Of a stretch of 64,000 nt of DNA, positions 1 to 11,844 are shown piece by piece (the first letter of the stretch is position 1; every line of letters begins with the position of its first letter). Origin of the DNA: Octopus vulgaris (Eukaryota); assembly GCA_951406725.2 (NCBI GenBank), contig OX597817.1, positions 79,112,001-79,176,000 of the forward strand. The letters run 5' to 3'. The position numbers were made by a program, and so were the translations under genes. Under the pieces are notes generated by a model. That model was not told where the DNA came from, did not search any database, and saw only the letters and a list, made by a program, of their open reading frames with translations.

Positions 1-649
1 CCTACGCTGGGAAAAATGCAACGATTTCTTCCAAAGATATGCATCAATTTTCAAAAATAAATTGAGTACAGATAATCCTTTTCTAAAGAAAATAACAAGA
101 AATAACAAAAAAAACCGAACAACCCACAAACCACCCCCAATTATCCTCCATACACTAGAAACAGAAATCACCCACAACCAACATTTTTGAACCACGCAAG
201 ACTTAACAGGGAACAAGCTGACAGACAACGCATTTATGAAATAGATTACACCAAGAACAGAACACGCCAACAACATCCTAATACCAGACCTAACCACCAC
301 ATAACAGCACAAAATAACACTAGAATAAGAAAAACACCACACGCAAGTCGCTACTACCTCATGAACCAAAATTACTTGTCCCCACCGAACACAAGACAAA
401 CACAAAAACACTAAGTCAAGCAACATCCACATACAAGCAATTCGAAACAAAAATATATCACATACAGAAACTTTACACACATCACAACACACACACACAC
501 ACAACGATCTGGGGCAACAATACCACCGTTCCCCCGAACCAATATCACACAATCTCACAAACAACTCATATAAACAAAATTACACCCAACATTTTTTAGC
601 TCGGGACCAGAGACACCAGGACACAGGCTGGAACCTAGTAATAAGGAAA

Positions 650-2910
650 AACCGAAGATAATCAACCTTTCAACCAAACCTCTCTCTAACATAAAAATTG
701 ACATCCTCTTAAAAGGAATCAAATTTACGCCAACTCCACGCAGAGCCAACCAAAATGAAATCAAGGACAATATAACAGAATTCTGCAGAAAATTAAGACT
801 AGCAGAAGCATCAACCAGTTTCAATACTGAAGATGACTCACTAGTCAAAAACAAAAGTGAACACATCCCCCACAGAGGAAGAAATAAAGCTCTTGTAGAG
901 TTCTGCAGCCACATTGAGAACTTTCCCTACCATACTATACATAAACAGACAGTTAACTCAAATTTTAGCACTGCACAATGGAAGGAACTGATAGAACTTC
1001 AAAATGATGAAGATATAACCATTAAGGAAGCAGACAAAGGAAGTGCAGTTGTAATAATGGATACATTATACTATAGAAATCTTGTAATTTCCTTGCTTGA
1101 TGACAATCAACATTATGAAAAAATCACCAACTACACCCCGCAAAAAATAATGAAAACTCTGTCCTCACTAATTAAAACCCATGAAAAGGAACAAACAACC
1201 AAAGAGATTGACTTTCTAACAAACTTTAAATGCAAGCTTAGCCTCTTTTATGGTCTGCCAAAAATACATAAAAACCAAATTATAAATGATACCATTAAAA
1301 AATCAAATACATACACACACCTAACCCGGGGGACCTAAAACTACGACCAATTGTAAGCCTGTGAAACACACAGATTAAGTCTATTTATGGACATCCTCCT
1401 GAAACCCTTCCTTAAACACATCGATAGTCATGTTAGAGATGACTTGGATATGTTAAACCACCTTCCAAAAAAGTCAAGGAAGAAACAATCATGGTTTCAT
1501 TTGATGTAGTTAATTTATATACCAGTATACCTCATAATTATGGAGTAGAGGCAATACAGTTCTGGCTGGACCAATTTCCGGAAGAAATACCAAAAAGGAT
1601 CAGTAAAGAATTCGTTACTAAATCGGTTGAATTCATCCTACAAAATAACCACTTCATGTTTGACTATATTTTACCGTCAAAAATCCGGAATTGCTATGGG
1701 TACAAGGGCAGCACCAGTCATTGCGAACCTAACAATGGGCTACCTGGAAATAATTGTTTACCAGGTATCTTTATCGACCTTTGGAAACCCCCTCTCAATA
1801 CATAAAAGAGAATTGGAAAAGATTCCTGGACGATTGTTTTATACTCTGGAATGAAAACACAGATAAACTCCTAAAATTCAAAAACCTATTGAACAGCATC
1901 AACCCAAATATACAGTTCACAATGGAATACAACCAAAAGGAGCTTCCATTCTTAGATATACTAATTAAAAAAATTAACCTTAAAATAGAAACAGACATTT
2001 TTAACAAAGCCACAGACGCCAAACTATACCTACTTTTTGATTCATGCCACCCAAGACACACTAAAACAAACATCCCTTTCAACCTTGCAAGAAGGATATG
2101 CACAATAGTGTCAGAACAAAATACCAGGAACTTTAGACTACAAGAACTCAAAAACACCCTACTTGACAGACACTACCCAGTTCAACTCATAGAGGATGGG
2201 ATCAGACGTGCAACAGAAATCGACATAGAAACTTTGAGAAAAGTTCAACACAACAACACACCTTCCCCGAAAATACTGTCTTACATATCCACATACAACC
2301 CCAGAAACAAAGAAGCCTTCACCATCATCACCCAGAATTTACCAATACTGCATAAGGACCCCAAATTAAAGGAAATTCTAAACATACATAAAATCATTAA
2401 AAGCTACAAACAACCTAAATCACTTAAAAAATTCTCACAAAGGCAAAATTGTTTTCTGAAATTACGGATGCAAAAGTTAAAAAATGTGGTAGACCAAACT
2501 GCGCAACATGCCCAAACCTTCTAGAAGGATCAGAATTCCTTTTCAAAGAGGGACAAAAATTCAAGATCAGATCTAATTTTACTTGTGCTTCTGAAAACAT
2601 AATTTATGTCATAAGATGCTCGGGCTGCCACCAAAACTACGTGGGGTCCACGGGACTATCACTCAGACGTAGATGCACTCTGCATCGACAACAGATTGCA
2701 TTCCTAGAATACAGAATGATACCCTTTCGTGAACATATTGAGAAATGCGCAAAGCAACTACTACCACAATTTTTAATCTTTCCATTCTATCAATGTGCTA
2801 TTGGAACACCAACACAAATTAGATTAAACAAGGAAACATTCTTCATTGAAAAATATAAGCCTAAACTTAACCATTCTAACATTCTTATACAGAGAAACTC
2901 ACCCCATTAA
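650..2910 (+). pseudogene. PLE reverse transcriptase / GIY-YIG endonuclease pseudo-ORF (about 5 frameshifts)
   Basis: ORF-track pieces 1057-1338, 1491-1805, 1627-1854, 1754-2524 and 2449-2910 carry consecutive RT and endonuclease motifs in different frames. Confidence 0.88.
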
Positions 2911-3038
2911 ATAAGGGAAAAGAAATATAAAGCGATTATCTCCCTTATACCGGAAGAAATCGCTTATTACCTCCCCTACCTGGAACTCTTCTTTGCACTG
3001 CATAACGAAGACATAACACGATGTAGGTAAAGACATTT

Positions 3039-3077
3039 GAGAAATTTGAAAAGTTAACACGAAACCGGTCATTTCTT
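3039..3077 (+). ncRNA. Minimal type-I hammerhead ribozyme candidate, U3-A8 core variant, in PLE 3' UTR
   Basis: Stem I GAGAAAT/ATTTCTT; core TTGAAAA; short stem II G-TTAACA-C; GAAA; palindromic stem III ACCGGT; cleavage triplet GTC. Confidence 0.6.
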
Positions 3078-3242
3078 CAAAAACTATGTTACTGCATGAA
3101 AAATTTTATAACATTCTTCTTACATAACGACTTAAATATATTCTTTAACCTTATAAAACAAGCCTTCTGTAGTTTTTCACTCTTTTCTATATATCCAACC
3201 ACGTGCTTTCACACACCAACTTTCTCACCTATATATATATAT

Positions 3243-3521
3243 ATTCTAATAGATTAATACGGAAATATGGAAAACAAAGTGTACTGCAAGCTTTATTTAT
3301 GTAGGTGGGGAAACGATGTAATGGAATCGAATGCACTCCATAGTGCAAAAGAAGCCACTTTATTTAAATCTGAGGAGGTTGCTTCTGCATTATGGGGTGC
3401 CTTCGATTCCATTACATCGTTCCCCACCCACTGAGGAGCAGTGCAAAAATAAGCCGAAACGATTGTTGTCCTAAACTAAGCTTCTAGTACTCTTTTTTTT
3501 CTGTATTAATCGTTTAGAATA
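3243..3521. repeat. Long imperfect inverted repeat (fold-back) with a hammerhead-core insert in the right arm
   Basis: 3301-3355 (GTAGGTGGGGAAACGATGTAATGGAATCGAA...) is the reverse complement of ~3381-3431. 3243-3300 pairs with ~3470-3521. CTGAGGAG...CGAAACGATTGTTGTC (3431-3470) is unpaired in the right arm. Confidence 0.8.
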
Positions 3522-3721
3522 CACTCAACGTGCATTGAGGAATTCCATGCGTACATGCAGCAACGAACGTGCACTACTCCCAGATGACGCATAGTAACCA
3601 CAAGCAGTGACTGTGCTCAATTTTATCAAAACTATTCAGTTCCCATTTGCTTCATTTGAGTGTATGTATATATACATGCATATACACAACCACAGATATA
3701 CGTATATATGTGTGCATGTAT

Positions 3722-3860
3722 GTCATCATTATCATCATAATTTCAACCTCTAATTTTCCATGCTTGCACGAGTCGGACAGTTTATTTTGAAATAGGTTTT
3801 CTATGGTCAGATACCCTTCCTGTCACCTGTTTCCAAACGAAGCCATATTTCCCCAAAACC
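3722..3860 (-). mobile_element. Degenerate 3' part of (GAT)n-tailed SINE-like family (family E)
   Basis: CATCATTATCATCAT...TTTTCCATGCTTGCAC...GATACCCTTCCTGTCAC is the reverse complement of the 22420-22623 copy. Confidence 0.55.
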
Positions 3861-4020
3861 AGAAAATATTGTTCTTTAGTCAGATTATATACTAGAACAA
3901 TTCAATAATAAACAAAAAGATTACTGATTATTTTTTAGTAAAGTACATAGTTATTATTGACTTTTACAAAAATTTGATAGTAATTTCGAAGTTTTGACTT
4001 CTTCGTCTTTATCAGATAAT

Positions 4021-4055
<35 letters not shown>

Positions 4056-4085
4056 CAGCGCACACACACACACACACACACACAG

Positions 4086-4141
<56 letters not shown>

Positions 4142-4183
4142 ATGGCCAGGATAACTGATAGAGAGAACATTTTTTGATGACCG

Positions 4184-4244
4184 GATAACTGAAGAGATGG
4201 CAGCGTGGGTTTCCGCCCCGACATCCGAAACTCAGAGTTTTATC
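4184..4244 (+). ncRNA. Type-I hammerhead ribozyme candidate (copy 1)
   Basis: Stem I GATAA/TTATC; CTGAAGA; stem II GATG..CATC followed by one extra C; GAAA; stem III CTC-A-GAG; cleavage GTT after 4239. Confidence 0.6.
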
Positions 4245-4564
4245 ATGGCTACCAAATAATTGTCACATATTATATTTACAGATAAATTCCTCTATTTACA
4301 TAATATCGAGGTCTCTTTCATTCTTTTGTTGTCTTATCATTTCTATCAATAATATATACCGCTATTTTTCCGTAAGGGCTAATACAGCTTATTTTGGAAA
4401 ATCGTCAGAAATCGGTTGAGGACTCTGCCCAGCAGAAGAATTCAATATGGACGCCTACTACATCGATTATTCTATGAAAAAAACATACGTATACCATCAA
4501 GGGAACTATAGTCTAAGAAACTTGTGGAGAAAATTACATTTTCTAACCATTTTTTCGATGGCCG

Positions 4565-4625
4565 GATAACTGAAGTGATGGCGGCATGGATTTCCACCCC
4601 GACATCCGAAACTCGGAGTTTTATC
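4565..4625 (+). ncRNA. Type-I hammerhead ribozyme candidate (copy 2, A9>T)
   Basis: Same architecture with core CTGAAGT and stem III CTC-G-GAG. Stem I extends to GGCCGGATAA/TTATCATGGCT with a one-base bulge. Cleavage after 4620. Confidence 0.5.
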
Positions 4626-4654
4626 ATGGCTACTGAATAATTGTCACATATTAT

Positions 4655-4726
<72 letters not shown>

Positions 4727-6063
4727 TGTTAAACGTAATATGCTATAACTAATTCTATCACGTTTCTCTTTAATTAAAAGTATTTCCAACATAAACTTTG
4801 TCTTGAATGTTGTGTTTGAACTTAGTTCAAACACAACATTCAGCCTCATGATCAATGCTGGATAAAAACAAATTAACCCATGGCAGTTTTGAAACTCCAG
4901 AATAAAACAAAAACAGTGGGGTATGAAGTAACAATTCATCAGCTTAATCTATAATCTAATCTTATTGTAATTTGACCAACTGAAATATGTTTTATAGATT
5001 TCAGTCTCTTTCAATAAACACATACCCAAAATATGAGAATAATAAGCTTTATTTATTTATTTATTTATTTATTTATATGTTGGTTTATTTGCTTGTTTTG
5101 TTTATTAAAATTTGAAATAGTTCTCTAGAATGTTTCGATATTTGTGCGATGATCCTCCGGTTTGTGAGATATTTTATGAGCATCACAAGAAGCATATATC
5201 TTTCCTACTTCGGAAAATTTAATGTTCAATGACAGCTTGATTTGTTTTGCAAATATGGAAAGGAAATTCCAGCCAGCTGGACCAAAGAAATACAGCAGCA
5301 ACCAACAGCAACAACAACAAACAAACAAATAAACAAACTAACAGAGAAAAAAAAAATAAACGAAAAAGAAAATTCATGTAAAGAAGAATTGAATGTTTTT
5401 CTTCAGTATATCTCTCTATCCAAATTTATTTTCAGAACATATAATTCTCTCATCTGACCCAAACCTGCTAAAGCTTTGCCAAAGTTGACCTTTTTTCACC
5501 TTGTGGATTTGCAACTTAACCAAAGAATGAATGCTAAGCCAAAGAATATACTGGTAGTAAATATGAAATGGTAAATAGTTTTACTAATGAAAGCTTGACC
5601 TTGTTTCCATACTGACATAACCCATTAGCAAGATGAAATATCACTGTGTAAATGAAATGCTTCTTTTCACCCATATGCAAAAATATATGTCAATATAATA
5701 AAAATGTAAAAATGAGAAAAATACAAAAAAAAGAAAGAAAAGAAGCTTAACATTTAACATGTGATTTATCTCTTGTTTTCCTAACATTTTACAAAGTTCT
5801 TCCACTACCTGCCTTTTAGAGAAGCATTAGTTTTATAGGTTTACATATCTGCATTTCTCCTGCTTTAGTAAATTCTGTTATTAATAATATTTTACTTCAT
5901 TGAAAATAAGAGCTGCTTTTTATTTTATTAATATTTTTATTTTTGCTAAATTTAGCTAAATGCATATAGTAGAAACAAATTTCATTAATTTTCTTTCCGT
6001 ATCAATTTTTTTTGTTATTTTATCCATCTGCATTCAATGAAATAAGAATTAGTAATATGCAAA

Positions 6064-6379
6064 GTGAAGGTGCATGGCTCAGTGGTTAGGACATTGAGTT
6101 CATAACCATGAGGTTGTGAGTTCGATTCCTGGCCCAGGGTGTGAGTTGTGTTCTTGAGCATGATACTTTATTTCATGTTTCTCCAGACATCACTGGTGCC
6201 AAACTGTATTGGCCTTTTCCTTTAATTGGATAACATTGGTGATATGGAAAGGAGAGGCTGGTATGCATGGGCGACTGCTGGTCTTCCATAAACAACCTTC
6301 CATAGACTTGTACCTCAGAGGGGAAATTTCTAGGTGCAATCTCATGATCATTCATGATCAAAGGAGGTCTTTACCCTTT
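6064..6379 (+). mobile_element. tRNA-derived SINE (family D)
   Basis: A-box TGGCTCAGTGGTTAG, B-box GAGTTCGATTCC, then GTGTTCTTGAGCA core. Related head at 44690. Confidence 0.75.
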
Positions 6380-7176
6380 GAATATACAAAGAAAATATAT
6401 AGGGAAGTGTTTGTTTCAAATAAAATGAATGAAAGCTACATTGAGTCAAAGTGGTGAATCTTATAGTGCAAGAAATACAATTGTTATGTCATTTCCTATC
6501 GTGCTAATCAAAGGCTTATGCTGTAGTTACTTGCTGCACAATGTTATTAGTAACAGATGCAGTGTTAATGCCCTGAAAGGCAATCTTTATATAGAACTTA
6601 ACCTGGTTGTTTACTTAGAATACTGAATGTTTCATTATTTATCTTGAGATAAATGTACCATACCTCTTATAGGGAGGTATGGTACATAACAGATGATTCT
6701 CATCTGCTGACAATATAAATATGCATGCTTTTATGCACCCAAAAGTTCATCTAATAAAAGGGGCATCTTATGCACATAAAAGGTCATTTCAATGTAATTA
6801 AATGCAGTATTCAACATTCTAACAAACATCCACATTAAGATGGATATAAAGATTGCCTTTCGATATTAATTCTGATTTTGTAGCTAATAATTATTTTTCA
6901 ACAAGCCTGTGAACTATTTGTGACACTATTGCCTGAAAAGACACAGAAATTCTATACGTCATTGTAAGTGAGATTTGGCCGATGTGCAGCTACTGGATGT
7001 CTGCAGCTGAGGAGACCAAGGAAGTGAAAATTACATGATCTGGCAGTTCTGGTACCCATAACAGAAAATTAATGCCTGCCAGTGATTTAAATATATGTGC
7101 TTGTATGTAGCATGCACCTATATGAAGAGTTCTTTCAAGGGACATAAAACGGTATTTGGCATTTTAACAAAACATC

Positions 7177-7365
7177 ATTCTGTTGTGTCTGGGGAGAGTC
7201 ATTTTCTTTTTTTTGTCTTATAATATAACACACTCACTGGTAAAATTTTCACTTTTTTCTTATTTTTATTTTCCTAAAATTTTCGTTGCCTCTTGCAACC
7301 TTTTCAATAGTTTTGACTCTTATAAGTCACAAAAAGAAAATGACTCTACCCAGACACAACAGAAT
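7177..7365. mobile_element. Small element with ~45-bp terminal inverted repeats (MITE-like or inverted PLE pLTR)
   Basis: ATTCTGTTGTGTCTGGGGAGAGTCATTTTCTTTTT at 7177 versus AAAAAGAAAATGACTCTACCCAGACACAACAGAAT ending 7365. A partial copy of the end lies at 32582-32635. Confidence 0.7.
7274..7310 (-). ncRNA. Minimal hammerhead candidate, U3-A8 core variant
   Basis: Minus strand reads CTA-TTGAAAA-G-GTTGC-AAGAG-GCAAC-GAA-AATT-T-TAG: 3-bp stem I, 5-bp stem II, palindromic AATT stem III. Confidence 0.4.
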
Positions 7366-7717
7366 ATGCTTCAAAACACGAACTCATAAAGATCTTGCAA
7401 ACCAAATCCAAAAACAAAACGTTCATTGTTTAGCTGGATATAAAGACTGCCTACTGTATGGTATTCAGAAGATTGCTAAACTAACATTTTTTGCAATATA
7501 ATTATATAAATATCGATTGGAAGCTAAATATTGGTTAGCTCTCCTTCAGCTTGGCCATAATTTAGGGACCAATTACTTACATTCAACTCTTAAACAACTT
7601 AACTTATTCCATTTAATGCTGCTGGAACTCTAAAGAATCTAAACCTGACTCTTCAGGTTTTGGTCACTTTTTTCTTTTATTGACATTTTCTGAAGATTTT
7701 ATATCAACTGATTGTAT

Positions 7718-8140
7718 CAATCATCATCATCATAATCAACATCAGGAGTAGCAGCAGCAGCATCTTCATTATCAATATCATCAACATCATCATCGTCATT
7801 ATCAACATCTTCATCTTCATCAATGCTTGCACCATCATCGTCATCATCATTAGCATCCTCATTATTATCATCGTCGTCGTAGTCGTGGTTGTCATCATCA
7901 TCAGCAGCAGCTGCAGCATCATAATTATTGTCACCTTCATCAGCAGCACCACCAATTATCACTGTCATTATTGTCATCCTTCTTGTCATCATCATCCTTG
8001 TCATTCTCGTCATTATTAACATAATCACTGTCATCACAGTCACTATTCTCATCAGCACCAGCACTAACAGCATGGGCACCACCACCACTATCACAACCAT
8101 CACGACCATCATCACATTCATGGGTAGCAGCAGCAGCAGT
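7718..8140. repeat. Degenerate (CAT/CAG/CAC)n trinucleotide tract
   Basis: Triplet periodicity throughout, giving Asp-, Met- and Ile-rich pseudo-ORFs in several frames. Confidence 0.8.
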
Positions 8141-8572
8141 CACTTTCATTCCACATACTAGAAAGTACAATCTTATAGAAACAGGCTGTTTTGACAGTAA
8201 ACTTAGTTTCCAAGTCAGAATATTTTTGTGATTTATTTGTAAATTTTAGACAAAAGAGAGTAACTAAAAAAATTAAGAAAAGTTACAATAATAATAATAA
8301 TAATAATAATAATAAACAGGAGTGATGGTGATGATAATGGGGATGATGATGATGAAATAATAAATGGGATATCAGTGTGTATATCAGAGGCATAAATATA
8401 CACAACACTCATGTATGTATTTATTTACATATATGTATGCATGTCCAAATGTATATACGTCTACTTACATTCATCTATCTATTTGTATGTATGTATGTAT
8501 GTATGTGTGTGTGTGTACAGATAGAGATATATACATATATACAGAGACACATATACACACACACTCCTATAC

Positions 8573-8680
<108 letters not shown>

Positions 8681-9111
8681 CATACATAGACACTCACACG
8701 CAAACATTATGTATGTACGCATGTATTTATGTATGTATGTATGTACTCTGTGTGTGTATGCATAATATTTAGAAAAAATTTAAAGTTGCAGATGTGCAGT
8801 TCCTATTTCTATAGTATTATTAATAAAATGTCTGCACCATAACAGTTGCCTGATGTGTTAACATGTGCAACTAACTGCTTTCTGATTATTTGACATTATA
8901 AAATTGGGACCTTTAGAATATTATTGAAAATAAGAATATATTTTAATATTCAATACTGTCAAACACATATGCACTTTTTACATAGGTACATGCACACATA
9001 CACGAATACACATATATACATATACATAAATACATAAACATATATACATAAACATATATACATATATATGTACACATACATATATACATGCATATTATAT
9101 ATATGTATATG

Positions 9112-9157
<46 letters not shown>

Positions 9158-9451
9158 TATATAATATATACATCGTGACTGAGAGGGCTGAATAGCATAT
9201 GTATAGCAAAGAAATAAGAGTTAAAACCCTTAAGGCTGCATGAAGCACACAATATATAAATATATGCACTGATAGGAGAGATAACTGCCCCATGAGCAAA
9301 GTCTGTAGCAGTGTACTAGACTAGTTTGGTCTGTCAGTTTCAGACTTGTCACCAATGCCTACTTCATTGCTCAGATGGTCTGACTAAATTTATCTGTCAG
9401 TTTATATATTTAACAAATAAATTTATGGCTAATTTTGTGTATTCTAAAGAA

Positions 9452-9667
9452 CGGTGGTGAGTTGGCAGAAATGTTAGCATGCTGAGTGAAATGCTTAGCA
9501 ATGTTTCGTCTGTCTTTACGTTCTGAGTACAAATTTCACGGAGGTTGACTTTGCCTTTCATCCTTTCAGGTTGATAAATTAAGTACCAGTTGCATACTGG
9601 GGTCGATCTAATCAACTGGCTCTCTCTCCTGAAATTTCTTGCTTTGTGCCTAGAGTAGATAAGAATA
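9452..9667 (+). mobile_element. SINE family B
   Basis: GGTGGTGAGTTGGCAGAAATGTTAGC...GTTCTGAG...GACTTTGCCTTTCATCCTTTC...AAGTACCAGTTG...TGGGGTCGAT; matches the 38806 and 54636 copies. Confidence 0.8.
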
Positions 9668-11109
9668 TATATGCTAAAAATTAATATAAGCAGCTGGGTT
9701 AAATATAGAACCATAAAGGAAAGATCAATCAACACTGATTGTAACTGAAAAGGCCGAAGCACCAATATTGCATGAAATAAGAGTCAAAGATACATTACAA
9801 CTAAAGAAACTGAAATAATGTACAATTTGTTGGGGTTTTACTTTTTACATCATGATAAATTTACAGCTGACTTGAACTCATGTGTCATGGAAATGTAATT
9901 TGATGCAGTAACTGTTCAGTCTCTTCATTTTATAATACTAACTGAGGTAACTTGCTGAGATTAAAGAATGGTAGGTGTTCCTGTATCTTTCAGTAATTCG
10001 TAATTTAATGAGAGGTAGAAAAGCCTTCGGGTTGTCTCTGATTCTGTGCCAATTATTCAATCTTTACCAAACCAAATCAGATTGAGTTGCTAGGCCTTCC
10101 AAAGTTCAGAATTGGATCATTCTGATCTGATCTTTCTTGACATTTTTAATTCTTCAGACATTTCATAACGTAAGAGAAATTGAAAAAGAAAAATCAAAAC
10201 AAGCCTTTAACTACATACCGACCTGTACAAACTCACAAAGTATGAAAAATTAGAAAAGGGGAAAAAATGCAGAAAGGAAAGTGGGCGTTTACACCAACAC
10301 CATCTTGGTATTGTTAAAATTTGTCTAACAACCATGAATATAGAGTTAAACTTTTAGAACAGAATTCATGTAGAACAAATTCTTTGCATTGATATGAAGA
10401 AATTCAACAAGGGAATTGCATGAAAAATTGGAACCCTCCATGGAAAACATGCAAACACCAATTAGAACGTTTGCTTATGTTTCAATCAAGTAATAAAATT
10501 ATATTTTGCGCTCCTTCAATTTATTACACATGAATGGAATCTTATTTGGTATTAAATTTTGACAAACAATATTTGCTTTTCTCTTGTAATTGTTATTATT
10601 ACTTTTTTTATTATCTTGTACAGAATTTTAAAGATACCAAACTCCTCTCACTACCAGGAACCACTAACACACTGTCTGTAATTTCATTAATTTGATAAAT
10701 GCATTTTTTCTAATCAACTTAAGATTCTTTAAAACTAATAGAAATCATTGCAACATATCAGCTTCAGTTTCAGCTTCTTGAGGCTGGCAACAGGAATCTG
10801 CATAAATTAAGGCTCAGTTCTGTTTGTTGTTGCATTTCTTTTTAACGATATTCACTGGACATTTTCCCTCAATTTTGTGTTTTAGGAAACTGCTCTTTTT
10901 CTAAGGCTCAGTCATGCCTCATGGCAAATTTTCTCAACCAATTTCTGTAGACTATTTCAGCCCCCTCATAATTTTCTGACTTCTGATATCTCTCTCTCTC
11001 TCCTTTCTACCCTGCCCTCTCTTTCTTTCCCTCTCTGTATATCTATCCATCCATTCATCCATCTGTCTTTCTATCTATCTATCTGTCAATCTAAACATCT
11101 ATCCATATA

Positions 11110-11285
11110 TGTGTGTTTGTGTGTGTGTGTGTGTATGATGAGCTTCCATCAAGTTTCCTCCTACCAAATTTACTCTCAGAGAACCGATTGGCTGAGATGC
11201 CATTCAGTGGGACAGAACCCAAAAGTAAATGGTTTCAAAGAATGCTTCTTAATCATTCTCCCATGGTTGCACCTAGCTGTACTAT
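11110..11285 (-). mobile_element. Degenerate SINE family A fragment
   Basis: GTTTCC..CTACCAAATT..ACTC and CAGTGGGACAGAACCC resemble the reverse complement of family A. Confidence 0.45.
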
Positions 11286-11573
11286 TTTGTCCCAGAGATA
11301 CACACAAAAAGATTTGAACGTTAAAAAACACAGGCTTCTTCTGAGAATGTTGATTGTTAACCAGACATGGTGTTTCAACTTGATTTGGTCTGTTCTGTAA
11401 TAAACCCACCAGGACATTTTAAGTAAAGTTTAAATATCCATACAAATATAGAAACTGGTAGACAAAATCCTTCAATGATATGTGCAAAAGCTGGTCAGGC
11501 TAGAATTAAGTTAATATACACACTTAAGACAGAATTAGATTAAAATACCAATGTATACAATATTTATAATGTA

Positions 11574-11788
11574 CAAGGGGCTGCTGAAAAGTTTCTGGCT
11601 TTGAGTAAATAGATATACAGGAGGATCAGTTAATTATGATTTTATTCCACATATTCCCCTCTCAGATTCACACTTATTGCAACGGTCCTTCAGTTTTTCT
11701 AAACCCTGTAAAAAAACTTGGAAGGGTGGGCCTCCAGCCAGGCCTTTTGTGACATCCTTAAAGCCAGGAACTTTTCAGCACCCCAACG
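11574..11788. mobile_element. Tc1/mariner-derived MITE, copy 1
   Basis: TA-flanked; TIR CAAGGGGCTGCTGAAAAGTTTCTGGCTTT / AAAGCCAGGAACTTTTCAGCACCCCAACG. Confidence 0.8.
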
Positions 11789-11844
11789 TATGTATGTGTG
11801 TGTCTGATGAAAAGGATGAACAGGACTAAGGACTGACCCCTGAT

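Larger units (their letters stand above)
1..3230 (+). mobile_element. Penelope-like retroelement (probably Neptune-type), frameshifted, 5' end outside or at window edge
   Basis: Collinear PLE motifs across frames: IINLS..L..GIKFTPTP (~655-735), IKEADKGSAVVIMD (1021), FYGLPKIHK, SFDVVNLYTSIP, YRQKSGIAMG, RFLDDCF, ELPFLD, linker CGRPNCATC, then GIY-YIG-like NIIYVIRCSGCHQNYVGST. Stop at 2910, 3' UTR with hammerhead-like motif, ends in (TA)n. Confidence 0.92.
4139..4660 (+). mobile_element. Retrozyme/pLTR-like non-autonomous element: ~110-bp direct repeats 381 nt apart, each with a hammerhead-like motif
   Basis: Repeat GATG(A/G)CCGGATAACTGAAG...CCGAAACTC(A/G)GAGTTTTATCATGGCTAC...TATTTACA at ~4170-4280 and ~4550-4660, plus a partial third copy at 4139-4160. 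Flanked on both sides by (CA)n(TA)n. Confidence 0.7.

Noticed and set aside
7002-7046. CTGAGGAG...GAAAATTACATGATC hammerhead-like string
   Set aside because: No stem II, and the stem I/III registers conflict.
7704-8170. Asp-rich ORFs resembling acidic biomineralisation proteins
   Set aside because: The Asp-rich reading switches frame, there is no signal peptide or clear splice context, and decayed (GAT)n explains it.
9184-9231. AGGG-CTGAATA...GAAA...CCCT
   Set aside because: G8 is missing without compensation and there is no stem III.
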